Shown here: positions 36,365 to 46,535 of the stretch, in pieces
How positions within the stretch are numbered: the first letter of the stretch is position 1
How the letters are laid out: each line of letters begins with the position of its first letter
Assembly: GCA_945903275.1 (NCBI GenBank)
Contig: CAMDNW010000008.1
Coordinates: 5,895 to 69,894 of the forward strand
DNA length: 64,000 bases
Direction of reading: 5' to 3'
Source of the DNA: Thermoflexus hugenholtzii JAD2
Lineage (GTDB): Bacteria > Chloroflexota > Dehalococcoidia > UBA2979
Translations under genes and position numbers: made by a program
The notes under the pieces: model-generated
What the model was told of the DNA's origin: nothing
Database searches by the model: none
Seen by the model: only the letters and a program-made list of their open reading frames with translations

Positions 36365-38161
36365 CTACTCAGTGGGTTCTAGAGCCCAGCCCCAGATGCC
36401 GTACACGATGATCGGAACCGCCAGCACCGTCATTGCCAGATGCGTCAGCGGCGCAACGGTGAGCAGCAGGATGCCGGTCGCGATCAAGATCGGGTAGTAC
36501 GACGGCGGAGGCAGGTGAATGTGCTCTCCGGTCGGTTGAGGCGCCTCGATGCCGTGATCGCGGTCATACCACAGCGGATCGCGGGCGCGAACCGTCGGGA
36601 TAACATCGAAGTCGTGCTCAGGCGGCGGCGAAGTGGTCGCCCACTCCAGCGTCGGCGCGCCCCAGGGGTTGTTCGGCGCCGTTGGCTCTTTGCGCATCGT
36701 CGTGAAGAAGTTCCACAGGAATGCCAAGACGCTCGCGGCCAGTACGAATGAACCGATAGTCTCGAACATGTTCCAGAACTCGAAGTTCAGCCCGGGGTCA
36801 TAGGTGTAGATGCGGCGCGGCATGCCGATCAGGCCGAGGTAGTGCATCGGGAAGAACGTCATGTTCACGCCGATGAACCACAGCCAGAACTGCACCATGC
36901 CCAGTTTCTCGTCGAGGAAGCGTCCCGTCATCTTCGGGAACCAGTAGTAGATGCCAGAGAAGATACCCGTCATGGCCCCGCCGACCAGCACGTAGTGGAG
37001 GTGCGCCACGACGAAGTACGTGTCCTGGTGCTGCGTGTCCACCGGTGGCGAAGCATGCATCACACCTGAGATGCCACCGATCGTGAACAGCGCGATGAAC
37101 GAGACGGCGTACGACATCGACACGTTAAACCTAATCGAACCGCCGTACATCGTCCCGAGCCAGTTGAAGATTTTGATGCCCGTCGGAATACCGATGATCA
37201 TCGTGTTTGCGGCGAAGATCGTGCGCGGCACCGCCCCCATGCCCGTGGTGAACATATGGTGGCTCCACACCGCCCACCCGAGGAACGCGATCGCGATTCC
37301 GGAGAAGACAATCGCCGGATAGCCGAACAGCGGCTTCCGCGAGAACACTGGCAGCACCTCGGACACGATGCCCATTGCCGGCAGGATAAGGATGTAGACC
37401 TCGGGGTGGCCAAACACCCAGAACAGGTGCTGCCACAGGATGGGGTCGCCACCTTCGGCTGCGTTGAAGAAGTGCGTACCGAACTGCCGGTCGAACAGCA
37501 ACTGGATCAGCGCCACCGTTAGCGGAGGCAGCGCCAAGATGAGCAGGAACGAGATGATGAGCGTCATCCAGATGAACACAGGTAGGCGCATCATCGTGAG
37601 GCCCGGCGCCCGCAGGTTGAGAATCGTGACGGCAAAGTTCAACGCCGCCATCAGTGACGAGACGCCCAGAGTCAGCAGCCCGACCACATAGAAATCGATG
37701 CCGAGATCAGGGGCGTACTGCGTGCTCGACAACGGGGCGTAGTTGAACCAGCCACCCCGAGGCGGTTGGCCAAAGAGGAATGAACTCGATAACACCAGAC
37801 CGCCCGCGAGGAAAGTCCAGTATGAGAGTGCGTTCAGCCTCGGAAATGCGACATCACGCGCACCGATCATCAACGGCGTGAGGAAGTTAAAGAATGAAGC
37901 TCCGAGCGGCATAATCGCCAGAAAGATCATGGTGAGCGCGTGCATCGTGAACAGGCCGTTGTACGTGCCGGCATCCACCACGTTGCCATAGGGCACCGCG
38001 AGTTGAGTGCGGATGATCAGTGCCTGCACACCACCCCAGCAGAAGAACGTAAATGCCGTCACTCCGTAGAGCACGCCGATGCGCTTGTGGTCGACCGTGG
38101 TAATCCACGACCAGACGCCCGTATTCGCCTGGTGTGCGAGCGTGCCTGCTACGGTCGCCAT
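36365..38161 (-). CDS. ctaD: cytochrome c oxidase subunit I
   Basis: TTVDHKRIG, WFFGHPEVYILILP and HHMF/VAHLHYV, the heme-copper oxidase His ligand pattern. Confidence 0.95.
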   Translation of the reverse strand: MATVAGTLAHQANTGVWSWITTVDHKRIGVLYGVTAFTFFCWGGVQALIIRTQLAVPYGNVVDAGTYNGLFTMHALTMIFLAIMPLGASFFNFLTPLMIGARDVAFPRLNALSYWTFLAGGLVLSSSFLFGQPPRGGWFNYAPLSSTQYAPDLGIDFYVVGLLTLGVSSLMAALNFAVTILNLRAPGLTMMRLPVFIWMTLIISFLLILALPPLTVALIQLLFDRQFGTHFFNAAEGGDPILWQHLFWVFGHPEVYILILPAMGIVSEVLPVFSRKPLFGYPAIVFSGIAIAFLGWAVWSHHMFTTGMGAVPRTIFAANTMIIGIPTGIKIFNWLGTMYGGSIRFNVSMSYAVSFIALFTIGGISGVMHASPPVDTQHQDTYFVVAHLHYVLVGGAMTGIFSGIYYWFPKMTGRFLDEKLGMVQFWLWFIGVNMTFFPMHYLGLIGMPRRIYTYDPGLNFEFWNMFETIGSFVLAASVLAFLWNFFTTMRKEPTAPNNPWGAPTLEWATTSPPPEHDFDVIPTVRARDPLWYDRDHGIEAPQPTGEHIHLPPPSYYPILIATGILLLTVAPLTHLAMTVLAVPIIVYGIWGWALEPTE

Positions 38162-38231
38162 CTCATTGCCTCCGCTTGCCGCCGCGAGTTACCCCGCATG
38201 CGCGCTTTGTCTCTCTACACCGCCCGCGCCG

Positions 38232-39311
38232 CTATTTGAGCGACAGCAGATACGCCGATACAGCCCGAATCTCGTCATCACTCAATGCACCGCCCGCTGA
38301 CTGCCCCATCGGCGGCATCAGCGAACCCGGCTTGATCGCGGCCGAGTTATTGATCCATCGAAACAGATTATCGGCCGTGTTCGGGATGGTGCCCGACGCG
38401 ATAGTCGTGCGCTGACCGAGCAGTGTCAGGTTGGGCCCGACGATGCCCGCCGCAGTCGTGCCCTGAATCGTGTGGCAGCCGATGCACGCACTGCGCTGGA
38501 ACACTTCTTGCCCCTGCCGCGCGAGACTATCTGAAGGCGCCGGGGTAGCAGATTTCACCTTCTGCGCCCAGGAGTTGAAGTCCTCCGGGGTGTCGACGAA
38601 CACTCGGAACCGCATGTTGGCGTGGCTCAAGCCGCACAACTCGGCGCACTGGCCTAGATACGGCTCCGGCCGCGCCACTGTGCCCGCAAACCAGATGCTG
38701 TTCACATGGCCTGGCATCATGTCGATCTTGCCAGCCAATTGCGGGACCCAGAACGAGTGAATCACATCGTTCGAACGTATCTCGAACGCGATCGGCTTGT
38801 TGACCGGAATGTGCAGTTCGTTCGCCGTGTTGATCTTCAGGTCTGGGTACTGGAACTCGAACCACCACTGGTGCCCGATGGCGATGACCTTAATCGCGTC
38901 AGCAGGCGGCCCCTGTGCCTCGCGCTGGATGCTGGTGATGGTCGGCACAGCCATGACCACCACGATCGCGACCGGGATCAGCGTCCACAGCACCTCGAGT
39001 TTGGTGTTTCCATGGATTTGTTGGGCGGACACGCCCGGCCGCTCTCGGAACCGGATCGAGATCCACAGCGTCAGCAGCATCACCACCACGAACACGAGAC
39101 CAGCAAGCCAGAAAATGACCCGGTACGAGTTCCAGACCTCAGCGTTGTGCGTACCGGCGATGACTGTGGTGCTCTGAGCCGTGTCCAACTGGCACCCCGT
39201 CAGCAACGCTACGAGGAACACTAACGAACAGAGAGGCAGCCACCGCCGCGCGAACGCCCGGCTCTTGCGCGTCACGTGCACCGTCTCCCCCTGTCGGCCT
39301 GTCGCCGTCAT
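38232..39311 (-). CDS. ctaC: cytochrome c oxidase subunit II with fused C-terminal cytochrome c (caa3 type)
   Basis: CuA site CAELCGLSHANM, heme c site CIGCHTIQG and lipobox-like LLTGC. Start taken at the ATG at 39311 (MTATGRQ); the longer N-terminus in the track is implausible. Confidence 0.9.
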   Translation of the reverse strand: MTATGRQGETVHVTRKSRAFARRWLPLCSLVFLVALLTGCQLDTAQSTTVIAGTHNAEVWNSYRVIFWLAGLVFVVVMLLTLWISIRFRERPGVSAQQIHGNTKLEVLWTLIPVAIVVVMAVPTITSIQREAQGPPADAIKVIAIGHQWWFEFQYPDLKINTANELHIPVNKPIAFEIRSNDVIHSFWVPQLAGKIDMMPGHVNSIWFAGTVARPEPYLGQCAELCGLSHANMRFRVFVDTPEDFNSWAQKVKSATPAPSDSLARQGQEVFQRSACIGCHTIQGTTAAGIVGPNLTLLGQRTTIASGTIPNTADNLFRWINNSAAIKPGSLMPPMGQSAGGALSDDEIRAVSAYLLSLK

Positions 39312-39488
39312 CTTCCAAGCCCTAGCTCCGCACAGCGGTATCGACTGCGCAGACCGCAAGTAGCAGTACCATCGGCCCTGCTTCCGGTCAAGCAATAGAG
39401 CCATTTCCGGGCATATGCAAACCCTCCACAAGCCTCACCACGCCTGCGTATTGATCCCCTCCCACCTCCAAGCTAGCCTCGATGCGCG

Positions 39489-40037
39489 ATGGGCCTCACC
39501 GGCGGCACAGCAGTTCTCCAGCGCCGAATCGTCGTCGCCGCTGCTGGCGTGTTCCTAGCGGCTCTCCTCGCCGTCCTCGCCGTTGCCCTGACCCGGGGCC
39601 GCACCGAGATTCCGGGCATCTCCGGCCAAGCTCCTGCCATCTCCGCCCGCACGTTCGACGGTGCTGCTTTCTCGCTCGATGACCGTAACGGGCCAGTGTT
39701 CATCTACTTCTGGGCCTCCTGGTGCGTTCCCTGCGAGGCCGAGGCACCCGTCATCCAGCGGCTCTGGGGGGAGCGCTACCGCGACCGCGGTTACACCTTC
39801 ATTGGGGTGAACATGTGGGACGCCGACACCGACGCCCGCGCCTTCGCTGACCGCTACCGCCTCACGTTCCCGCTTATTCGCGACGAGGGCGGTAAGGTCT
39901 ATCTGGCCTACGGCGTGGAGCGCCTCCCGATGGCGTTCTTCATCCGCCCGGGCCTTGAGATCGACCGCCGCTACCTCGGCGTGCTCGACGAGGCAGACTT
40001 GCGCGAGATGCTTGACCGGCTGGAGCCACGCTCATGA
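39489..40037 (+). CDS. TlpA/ResA/CcmG-like periplasmic thiol-disulfide oxidoreductase
   Basis: N-terminal membrane anchor, then FIYFWASWCVPCEAEAP (thioredoxin CxxC). First gene of the ccm operon. Confidence 0.82.
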   Translation: MGLTGGTAVLQRRIVVAAAGVFLAALLAVLAVALTRGRTEIPGISGQAPAISARTFDGAAFSLDDRNGPVFIYFWASWCVPCEAEAPVIQRLWGERYRDRGYTFIGVNMWDADTDARAFADRYRLTFPLIRDEGGKVYLAYGVERLPMAFFIRPGLEIDRRYLGVLDEADLREMLDRLEPRS

Positions 40038-40453
40038 CCCGTATCCTCGCTGGCCGCCGCGCGAGACTCGTCGCTCTGCTCGTAATGGCAACCGTCGCCA
40101 TCACCGCCCTCACCGTCTCGGCGGCTGGATCGTCGCTCTCCTATTACGCGACACCTGAGGAGTTCGCCCAGAAACTCGAGTCATCCGGGCAGCGCTGGCG
40201 CGTTGGCGGCCGCGTCGTTGACGGCACCGTCGCGGAAGAACGAGACCGCCCGGTCTCGTTCACCATTCAGGGCGAGCACGGCGAGCGCATGGATATCGCC
40301 TACAGCGGCATGAAGCCGAACCTGTTCGGCCCCGGCGCGTTTGTCGTCGTAGAGGGCACAGCGGACGGCCCGGGCCGCCTGAAGGCGTCCTCCGTGATCA
40401 TTAAGCACGAGAACGAGTTCCTCACGGCGACGGCGACGCCGCCCGCACCGTGA
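40034..40453 (+). CDS. ccmE: cytochrome c maturation heme chaperone CcmE
   Basis: RVGGRVVDGTV...FVVVEGT...ASSVIIKHENEF (heme-binding His context). ATGA overlap with tlpA. Confidence 0.85.
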   Translation: MTRILAGRRARLVALLVMATVAITALTVSAAGSSLSYYATPEEFAQKLESSGQRWRVGGRVVDGTVAEERDRPVSFTIQGEHGERMDIAYSGMKPNLFGPGAFVVVEGTADGPGRLKASSVIIKHENEFLTATATPPAP

Positions 40454-42480
40454 ACCTCGCCGACGCCGCCGGGACAATGAACCCGCTGGCGACCATCGGC
40501 GCAGCCTCGCTACTCACCGCGCTTGCCACCGCGCTTTTCGCCACGTTCGCCGCGCCCATCGCGCACCTCACGAGGCGTCCGGTGCTCGGCCTTGCCGCGC
40601 GGCGGGCGCTGATCGTGACCGCGCTGTTCACCACCGCCGGGATCGCCACGCTCGGCATCGCGCTACTGCGTAACGACTTCTCGCTCGCGTACGTCGCCGG
40701 CGTCTCCTCGCGCGGCATGCAGGCGCCGATGAAGTGGGCCTCGCTGTACAGTCAGCAACCCGGCTCACTGCTCTACTGGACGTGGGCGATGTCCGCGCTC
40801 ATGGCCGTGTTCGCCTGGCGCACGCTACCAAGGATCCCCTGGGGCGCGGGCCACGCGACCGCCATCTGCGGCGCGACGCTCACCGGCTTCCTGATCGCAT
40901 TGGTTCTTCTCGCCTCACCGTTCCACGTCAGTCCGGTGACGCCCGAGGACGGCGTGGGGCTGAACCCGCTGCTCGTGGATCCGGGAATGCTCATCCACCC
41001 GCCGTTCCTGCTCACCGGGCTGGTGAGCACCGCGATCCCGTTTGCGCTTGGCCTTGCCGCGTTAATCGCGGGCCGCCTCGACCTCGCATGGCTACGCGCG
41101 GTGCGATCGTGGGCGCTGTTCTCATGGCTCGTACTGAGCATCGGCAACGTCCTCGGCGGTTGGTGGGCCTACACGGTGCTCGGCTGGGGCGGCTACTGGG
41201 GCTGGGATCCCGTCGAGAACTCGGCCATCCTCCCGCTGCTCCCTATGACCGCATTCCTCCACTCCGCGATGGTGCAGGAGCGTCGAGGCATGCTGAAACA
41301 GTGGAATCTCGCGCTCGTGGTCGCTGCCTTTGCGCTCGCGGTCTTCGGCACCTTCAACGTCCGCAGCGGCCTGGTGGACTCCGTTCACTCCTTTGCGCAG
41401 TCGGAGGTCGGTTCGTACTTTCTGATCCTGCTCGCCATCGCACTCGCCGCCTCGGTAGGACTGATGCTCTGGCGACTCCCCTATCTGCGTGCTGACCACG
41501 ACTTCGAGTCGCTGCTCTCGCGTGAGAGCGCACTGATCGTGAACAATTACCTGTTCACCGCCATCGCGCTCGTCATCCTCGGTGGCACGCTGTTCCCAGT
41601 TTTCTCCGAGTTGTTCGTCGACGAGCGCATCACCGTCGGGCCGCCGTTCTTCAACCGCGTCGTCGGGCCGCTACTGATCGCGCTCGTTGCGCTCGTCGCC
41701 ATCGGCACCGTTCTCCCGTGGCGGCGCGCCGCGAACGAGACGCTCGCGAGGCGTTTCCGCGACCCTGCGATCCTCACGCTCATCTCGGCAGCCGCACTGT
41801 TTGCGCTCGGTATCCGCGAGCCCCGCGCGCTGGTGGCCATCGTCGCGGCGGTCGTGCTCATCGCCGTCACGTTGCGCGAGTTCGTCCTCGGCGCTCGCGG
41901 CCTGCACGCAGCAGGTCACGCGTGGCCTGCCACGGTCATGGCATTGTTCGCGCGCGACCAGCGTCGCTACGGCGGCTACCTCGTGCATATCGGCGTCGCG
42001 GTGATGGCGGTCGCTGTGGTTGGCTCGACGATCTACCAACAGCAGTTCCGCGTCGCCGTCGCGCCGGGCGAGTCATTCGAGGCGGGCGGGCGCACGCTGC
42101 ACTACGACGGCCTTCGCGAACACACCGGCCTGCAGAATGGCATCGAGCGCGAACTGGTCGCACCGCTGGTCGTCACACAGGAAGGGCTCACCGTCGGCCA
42201 CATGGCCCCCGGCCGCCGCCTGTTCGCCAACTTCCCGCAGCAGCCGACGGCGATCGTCGCACTCGACACCTCATTCCGCGACGACCTCTATGTCTTCGTA
42301 CAGGGCTGGGACGACGACCAGGTCGCTGAGTTCCACGTCTTCGTAAATCCGCTCATGTTCTGGCTCTGGCTCGGTGCCGGCGTCTATGTCGCAGGCGGCC
42401 TTCTCGCATGGGCTCCGCTCACCTCACCACTGCCAGTCTCCGAAGCGGCCCGCACGGCCACGCAGACACAGCGCGCGTAG
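40450..42480 (+). CDS. ccmF: cytochrome c heme lyase subunit CcmF
   Basis: WGGYWGWDPVENSAILP (WWD motif) in a 676-aa polytopic protein. GTGA overlap with ccmE. Confidence 0.92.
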   Translation: MNLADAAGTMNPLATIGAASLLTALATALFATFAAPIAHLTRRPVLGLAARRALIVTALFTTAGIATLGIALLRNDFSLAYVAGVSSRGMQAPMKWASLYSQQPGSLLYWTWAMSALMAVFAWRTLPRIPWGAGHATAICGATLTGFLIALVLLASPFHVSPVTPEDGVGLNPLLVDPGMLIHPPFLLTGLVSTAIPFALGLAALIAGRLDLAWLRAVRSWALFSWLVLSIGNVLGGWWAYTVLGWGGYWGWDPVENSAILPLLPMTAFLHSAMVQERRGMLKQWNLALVVAAFALAVFGTFNVRSGLVDSVHSFAQSEVGSYFLILLAIALAASVGLMLWRLPYLRADHDFESLLSRESALIVNNYLFTAIALVILGGTLFPVFSELFVDERITVGPPFFNRVVGPLLIALVALVAIGTVLPWRRAANETLARRFRDPAILTLISAAALFALGIREPRALVAIVAAVVLIAVTLREFVLGARGLHAAGHAWPATVMALFARDQRRYGGYLVHIGVAVMAVAVVGSTIYQQQFRVAVAPGESFEAGGRTLHYDGLREHTGLQNGIERELVAPLVVTQEGLTVGHMAPGRRLFANFPQQPTAIVALDTSFRDDLYVFVQGWDDDQVAEFHVFVNPLMFWLWLGAGVYVAGGLLAWAPLTSPLPVSEAARTATQTQRA

Positions 42481-42489
42481 AATCACCAT

Positions 42490-42984
42490 ATGCGTATACC
42501 TGCACGTCGCACGCTCATCGTCGTAATCATCGCGATCCTTGCTGGCGTGCTCGTGGCAATGCCCGTTGGGCGAGCCTCGGCGCAAACCCCGGATATCGAG
42601 GTCCGCGCACTCGCCATTGAGCGCACGCTGCTTTGCCCGCAGTGCACCAACCTCCGCCTCGATGTCTGCGACACCCAGTTGTGCTCCGACATGCGCGCCG
42701 AGATCCGCGAACGCCTCTCGCGTGGCGAGTCCACACAGCAGATCACAGACTCATTCACCGAGCGGTACGGCGTCCGCGTGCTCGCCGACGTGCCCCCCAC
42801 CGGCTTCAATCGGCTGCTCTTCGTCTGGGTGGGCGGCTCACTGTTGCTCGTGGCCGCGGTGGGCGGCTTCGTCCTTGTCCGCCTGCGCCGCACCGCCTCG
42901 CCTGCCCCCGAGATCCAGGCCAGCGATACAGCCGATGACGCATGGCTCGATGACCAACTCGCCGCTGACCGCGAGGCGCGTTGA
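42490..42984 (+). CDS. ccmH: cytochrome c maturation protein CcmH/NrfF
   Basis: Signal sequence, LLCPQCTN (CxxC), ITDSFTERYGVRVL and a C-terminal TM span. Confidence 0.85.
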   Translation: MRIPARRTLIVVIIAILAGVLVAMPVGRASAQTPDIEVRALAIERTLLCPQCTNLRLDVCDTQLCSDMRAEIRERLSRGESTQQITDSFTERYGVRVLADVPPTGFNRLLFVWVGGSLLLVAAVGGFVLVRLRRTASPAPEIQASDTADDAWLDDQLAADREAR

Positions 42985-42994
42985 TACTGCCCTG

Positions 42995-43267
42995 ATGGAA
43001 TGGATCGTCCTCGTCGCATTCGCGCTGGTCGCCGCCGCACTCGTCGCCATGCCGGCACGCGGCTCGGCGTCCGCTGCGCCGCCGGATGACACCGCCACAC
43101 TCATCGAGGAGCGCCGTACGCTACTGGCCGAACTCCGCGAACTGGATGAAGACGCTCAAGCTGGCCGAATCTCTGCCGATGACCGCCAGTCCGGCCGTCG
43201 TGCCCTCGCCCCTCGCCTTCGCGCCGTCACCGAGGCGCTCCGCGATCGCGGTGAATCCACCGAATGA
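42995..43267 (+). CDS. CcmI-like N-terminal module only (TM + charged helix, no TPR domain)
   Basis: MEWIVLVAFALVAAALVAMPARG...IEERRTLLAELRELDEDAQAGRISADDRQSGRRALAPRL resembles the N-terminal part of CcmI/CycH. 90 aa. Found by reading the internal ATG of track ORF 42539..43267. Confidence 0.5.
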   Translation: MEWIVLVAFALVAAALVAMPARGSASAAPPDDTATLIEERRTLLAELRELDEDAQAGRISADDRQSGRRALAPRLRAVTEALRDRGESTE

Positions 43268-44295
43268 CACGCCTCACAACCCTCGTCGCGCTGCTGCTCG
43301 CGATGTCCGCGATCGCATCGGGTGTCGAGGCGCAAGCACCACCGCCGACGGGCACGATCGCTGGCACCATCCGCAACGGCACGGCGGGTGCCTCGACACC
43401 GACGCTCACCGTGCAGTTGATCGCGATACCGCGCTCTGGCCCAGTGACGTCGCAACAGGTTGTGACCGCCGGTGGCCGCTTCCGATTCGAAGCATCCGCC
43501 GATGCGAACCTCACCTATCTCCTCCGCACGGAATACGCAGGGGTCCCGTACCTCGACGACGCCCCGGTGCTGATCTCTCCAGAACTACCAACCGTACAGC
43601 GCGAGATCACCGTCTGGGAGACGACGGCTGAGCGCCCCGCCCTCCGCATCGACACCACCACCGTCACCATCGAGGGCATCGAACGGGATCGGGGCGCCTT
43701 GACTGTTCAGCGCGAAGACCAAGTGCTGAACCCCTCAGACCGCGTCTACATCGGCGGCCAAGACCGCATCACCTACCGCGCCCCCGCCCCCACCAACACG
43801 CTGGCCGTCCAGGCTGCCGAGACCTTCGACGGCAAGACCGCCGTCGAAGGTCAGACCATCACCTCGACACGCCCGATGCGCCCCGGTGTGACGTCCATCG
43901 TCACCACTGCGGTCGTCGGCTACGATCGCGCCGCCGGGTCATATCGCCTGCGTGTGACCGCCCCACTGCCCACTGCGCTCACGGAGGTCTGGGTGCCCGA
44001 GCGCTTTGCCCGCAACTTACGCACCGAGTCCGGTGCACGTCGCGAGAGCCGCGAGCGCGGCGGCGAACGCTCGCATATCGCCCGCGCGACCGTCGCCGTC
44101 CGCGAAGGTGAGAGCCTGCTTATGACCCTTGAAGATCTCTCCGGCATGAATCCCGCGAACCAGCTCACCTCGGAACGCGGCGCGGCCATCGCCGCTGGAC
44201 TCGCGCTCGCGGTGCTCGCCGGCGGCGTCACACTGCTCGTGCGCGCACGTACACGCGTGGACACCGAAGCTACCACTGACGAGTCAGCCTCGTGA
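43264..44295 (+). CDS. uncharacterised exported, C-terminally anchored protein embedded in the ccm operon
   Basis: Signal peptide MTRLTTLVALLLAMSAIASGVEAQA, a CarboxypepD_reg-like beta segment (GTIAGTIRNGTAG...GGRFRFE) and a C-terminal TM span (AAIAAGLALAVLAGGVTLLV). ATGA overlap upstream and GTGA overlap downstream. Confidence 0.6.
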   Translation: MTRLTTLVALLLAMSAIASGVEAQAPPPTGTIAGTIRNGTAGASTPTLTVQLIAIPRSGPVTSQQVVTAGGRFRFEASADANLTYLLRTEYAGVPYLDDAPVLISPELPTVQREITVWETTAERPALRIDTTTVTIEGIERDRGALTVQREDQVLNPSDRVYIGGQDRITYRAPAPTNTLAVQAAETFDGKTAVEGQTITSTRPMRPGVTSIVTTAVVGYDRAAGSYRLRVTAPLPTALTEVWVPERFARNLRTESGARRESRERGGERSHIARATVAVREGESLLMTLEDLSGMNPANQLTSERGAAIAAGLALAVLAGGVTLLVRARTRVDTEATTDESAS

Positions 44296-44957
44296 CTCCT
44301 AACGCGGCCATCGAGGCCAATAACCTCACAAAGAAATACGGCGGCTCACTCGTCCTCGATGGGGTTGCATTCGCCCTGCCGCCCGGCTCGAAGACCGCGC
44401 TCACCGGCGCGAACGGCGCGGGAAAATCGACTCTGCTGCACGTCCTCGCGACGCTCGTCTCGCCTACCTCGGGTACCGCCACGATCGCGGGTTATTCCAT
44501 CACCGAGGCCCTGCCCGCCCTGCGCGGTACCATTGGCATGCTCACCCACAGCCCGATGGTCTACGAGGAACTCAGCCCCCTCGAAAACCTGCGCTTCTTC
44601 GCCCGTCTCTACGGCGTCCCCAACCCGGACGCGCGTATCGAGGCACTGCTGCGCGCTGTCGGTCTCTGGCAGCGCCGCGATGAGCTGACTGGGCTGCTCT
44701 CCCGAGGTACGCACCAGCGCCTTGCCATCGCCCGGGCGCTCGTCCACACGCCATCGGTGTTGCTCCTCGACGAGCCTGAGACTGGGCTCGACTCCGACGG
44801 CATCGCGGTGCTGGACGCGCTGATGCTGCGCGCGCCCCACCTCACCGTGCTCGCCGCCACGCACTTACTCGCGCGCATCGACGCATGGGCAGACTCCCGC
44901 CTCCACCTCGCCCGTGGCCGTGTCGCCGCCGAGGCATCTCCCGTGATGGTGCGCTAA
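44292..44957 (+). CDS. ccmA: heme exporter ATP-binding protein CcmA
   Basis: GANGAGKSTLL (Walker A), LSRGTHQRLAIA (signature-like) and LLLDEP (Walker B). Precedes ccmB and ccmC. Confidence 0.85.
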   Translation: MTPNAAIEANNLTKKYGGSLVLDGVAFALPPGSKTALTGANGAGKSTLLHVLATLVSPTSGTATIAGYSITEALPALRGTIGMLTHSPMVYEELSPLENLRFFARLYGVPNPDARIEALLRAVGLWQRRDELTGLLSRGTHQRLAIARALVHTPSVLLLDEPETGLDSDGIAVLDALMLRAPHLTVLAATHLLARIDAWADSRLHLARGRVAAEASPVMVR

Positions 44958-45613
44958 TGGACGCCATCGGCGCGGTGCTCGCGAAGGATCTCCGACTGCT
45001 CTGGCGGCAGCGCACCGGCTGGCTCTCCGCATTCACCTTTGCTGCGATCTCCGTGCTCACCTACGCATTTGCGTTCGACCTTGTCACCGACGATGTCCGC
45101 CCACTGCTCCCCGGCGTGCTGTGGGTCACATTCCTCTTCGCCGGCACGATCGCGTGCAGCCGCTCCTTCAGTGATGAGGTGGAGCAGGGCACCTTCGACG
45201 CGCTATTGCTTGCGCCAGTCCCGCGCACGGCGATCTACTTTGGCAAAGTGCTCGCGAACTGCATCGCACTCTTTTCCGTCGAGGTGGCGGTAATGCTGCT
45301 GGCGACTATCCTGTTCAATACACCGTTGCTGACGGTGGAATTAGCGCTGATCGCGGGCGTGGGGACGGTCGGGTATGTGAGTCTAACCACGCTCCTAGCC
45401 ACGCTTGGCGCGCGCGTACAGTCTCGCGAGGTGCTGCTGCCCGTGCTGGCACTCCCGCTACTGGTGCCACTACTGATTGCAGGGGTGCGCGCGACCGGCG
45501 CCGCACTCGACCTGCCGCAGGGAGACGCTCCGTGGTTGATGTTGCTGGCGGTGTTCACGGTCTGGAGCGCGCTGGGCGGGGCGCTGCTCTTCCCTCTGGC
45601 GGTCGAGCGATGA
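44957..45613 (+). CDS. ccmB: heme exporter permease CcmB
   Basis: MDAIGAVLAKDLRLLWRQRTGWLSAFTFAAI..., a polytopic protein. TAATG overlap with ccmA. Confidence 0.85.
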   Translation: MDAIGAVLAKDLRLLWRQRTGWLSAFTFAAISVLTYAFAFDLVTDDVRPLLPGVLWVTFLFAGTIACSRSFSDEVEQGTFDALLLAPVPRTAIYFGKVLANCIALFSVEVAVMLLATILFNTPLLTVELALIAGVGTVGYVSLTTLLATLGARVQSREVLLPVLALPLLVPLLIAGVRATGAALDLPQGDAPWLMLLAVFTVWSALGGALLFPLAVER

Positions 45614-46338
45614 GCGCCGTGCTCCACCTCATGCAGGCCATCTACGCGACCCGCTGGGTTGTGTTGCCGCCGCTCGTCGGCGTCTCGATGCTCGCGATGA
45701 TCATCGGCGCAGTGATCGTCGCGCCTCGTGAGGCCGTCGAAGGTGAAGTGCAGCGGCTATTTTACATCCACGCGCCGAGCGCGACTGCCATGTATATGGC
45801 GTTCGGCATCACCTCGCTGGCCTCGCTCGCGCTGCTCTGGACGCGCGACATCCGCTTCGATGCCGTCGCACGAGCCGCCGCTACCGTCGGTGTGCTGTTC
45901 ACCGGCCTGACGCTCGCGACCGGCGCGATCTGGGGCCACCCGATATGGGGTACCTGGTGGGCATGGGACGCGAGACTTACTAGCACGCTCATCCTCTTCC
46001 TGCTCTACACCGGCTACCTGCTCGCGCGCAGCCTCGCCGACGAGACTGACGAGCACGCCGCGCGCTTCGCCGCCGTGTTCGCGATCATCGCGGCACTCGA
46101 CATCCCGATCATCCAGATGTCCGTGCGCTGGTGGCGCACGCTCCACCCGCAGCCGATCGTGATGCGCCTCCCCGGCGAGCAGGCCCTCCCGCCTGACATG
46201 CTCGCCGTCTTCGGTCTTGGCATGGTCGCCATCCTGCTACTCGCGCTCTGGTTCATCGTGCTCCGCGCGGAGACCGAGCGCCTTGCGCTCCGCGCCGCAG
46301 AACTCCGTGCCGCCCTAGATAGACGTGAGGCCCGCTGA
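45610..46338 (+). CDS. ccmC: heme exporter/handling protein CcmC
   Basis: RLFYIHAPSA and WGTWWAWDARLTS (WWD motif). ATGA overlap with ccmB. Confidence 0.9.
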   Translation: MSAVLHLMQAIYATRWVVLPPLVGVSMLAMIIGAVIVAPREAVEGEVQRLFYIHAPSATAMYMAFGITSLASLALLWTRDIRFDAVARAAATVGVLFTGLTLATGAIWGHPIWGTWWAWDARLTSTLILFLLYTGYLLARSLADETDEHAARFAAVFAIIAALDIPIIQMSVRWWRTLHPQPIVMRLPGEQALPPDMLAVFGLGMVAILLLALWFIVLRAETERLALRAAELRAALDRREAR

Positions 46339-46526
46339 TGGATCACCTCGAATACCTCTTCGCCGGCTTCGCGGTCTTCTGGGCCGCGCTCTTCGCCTAC
46401 ATCCTGTGGCTACAGGCTCGCCTGCGTTCCGCCATCCGCCAACTCGATCGTTTGGAGGAACGCCTCACGGAGTCCGCCCATCACGATCCCGGGGTATCCG
46501 GTGAGCACAGCGCCCACACGAGATAG
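46338..46526 (+). CDS. ccmD: CcmD-like small membrane protein
   Basis: 62 aa with a single TM span (FAGFAVFWAALFAYILWL) followed by a basic stretch. TGATG overlap with ccmC; position typical for ccmD. Confidence 0.6.
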   Translation: MDHLEYLFAGFAVFWAALFAYILWLQARLRSAIRQLDRLEERLTESAHHDPGVSGEHSAHTR

Positions 46527-46535
46527 CATGTCGAC

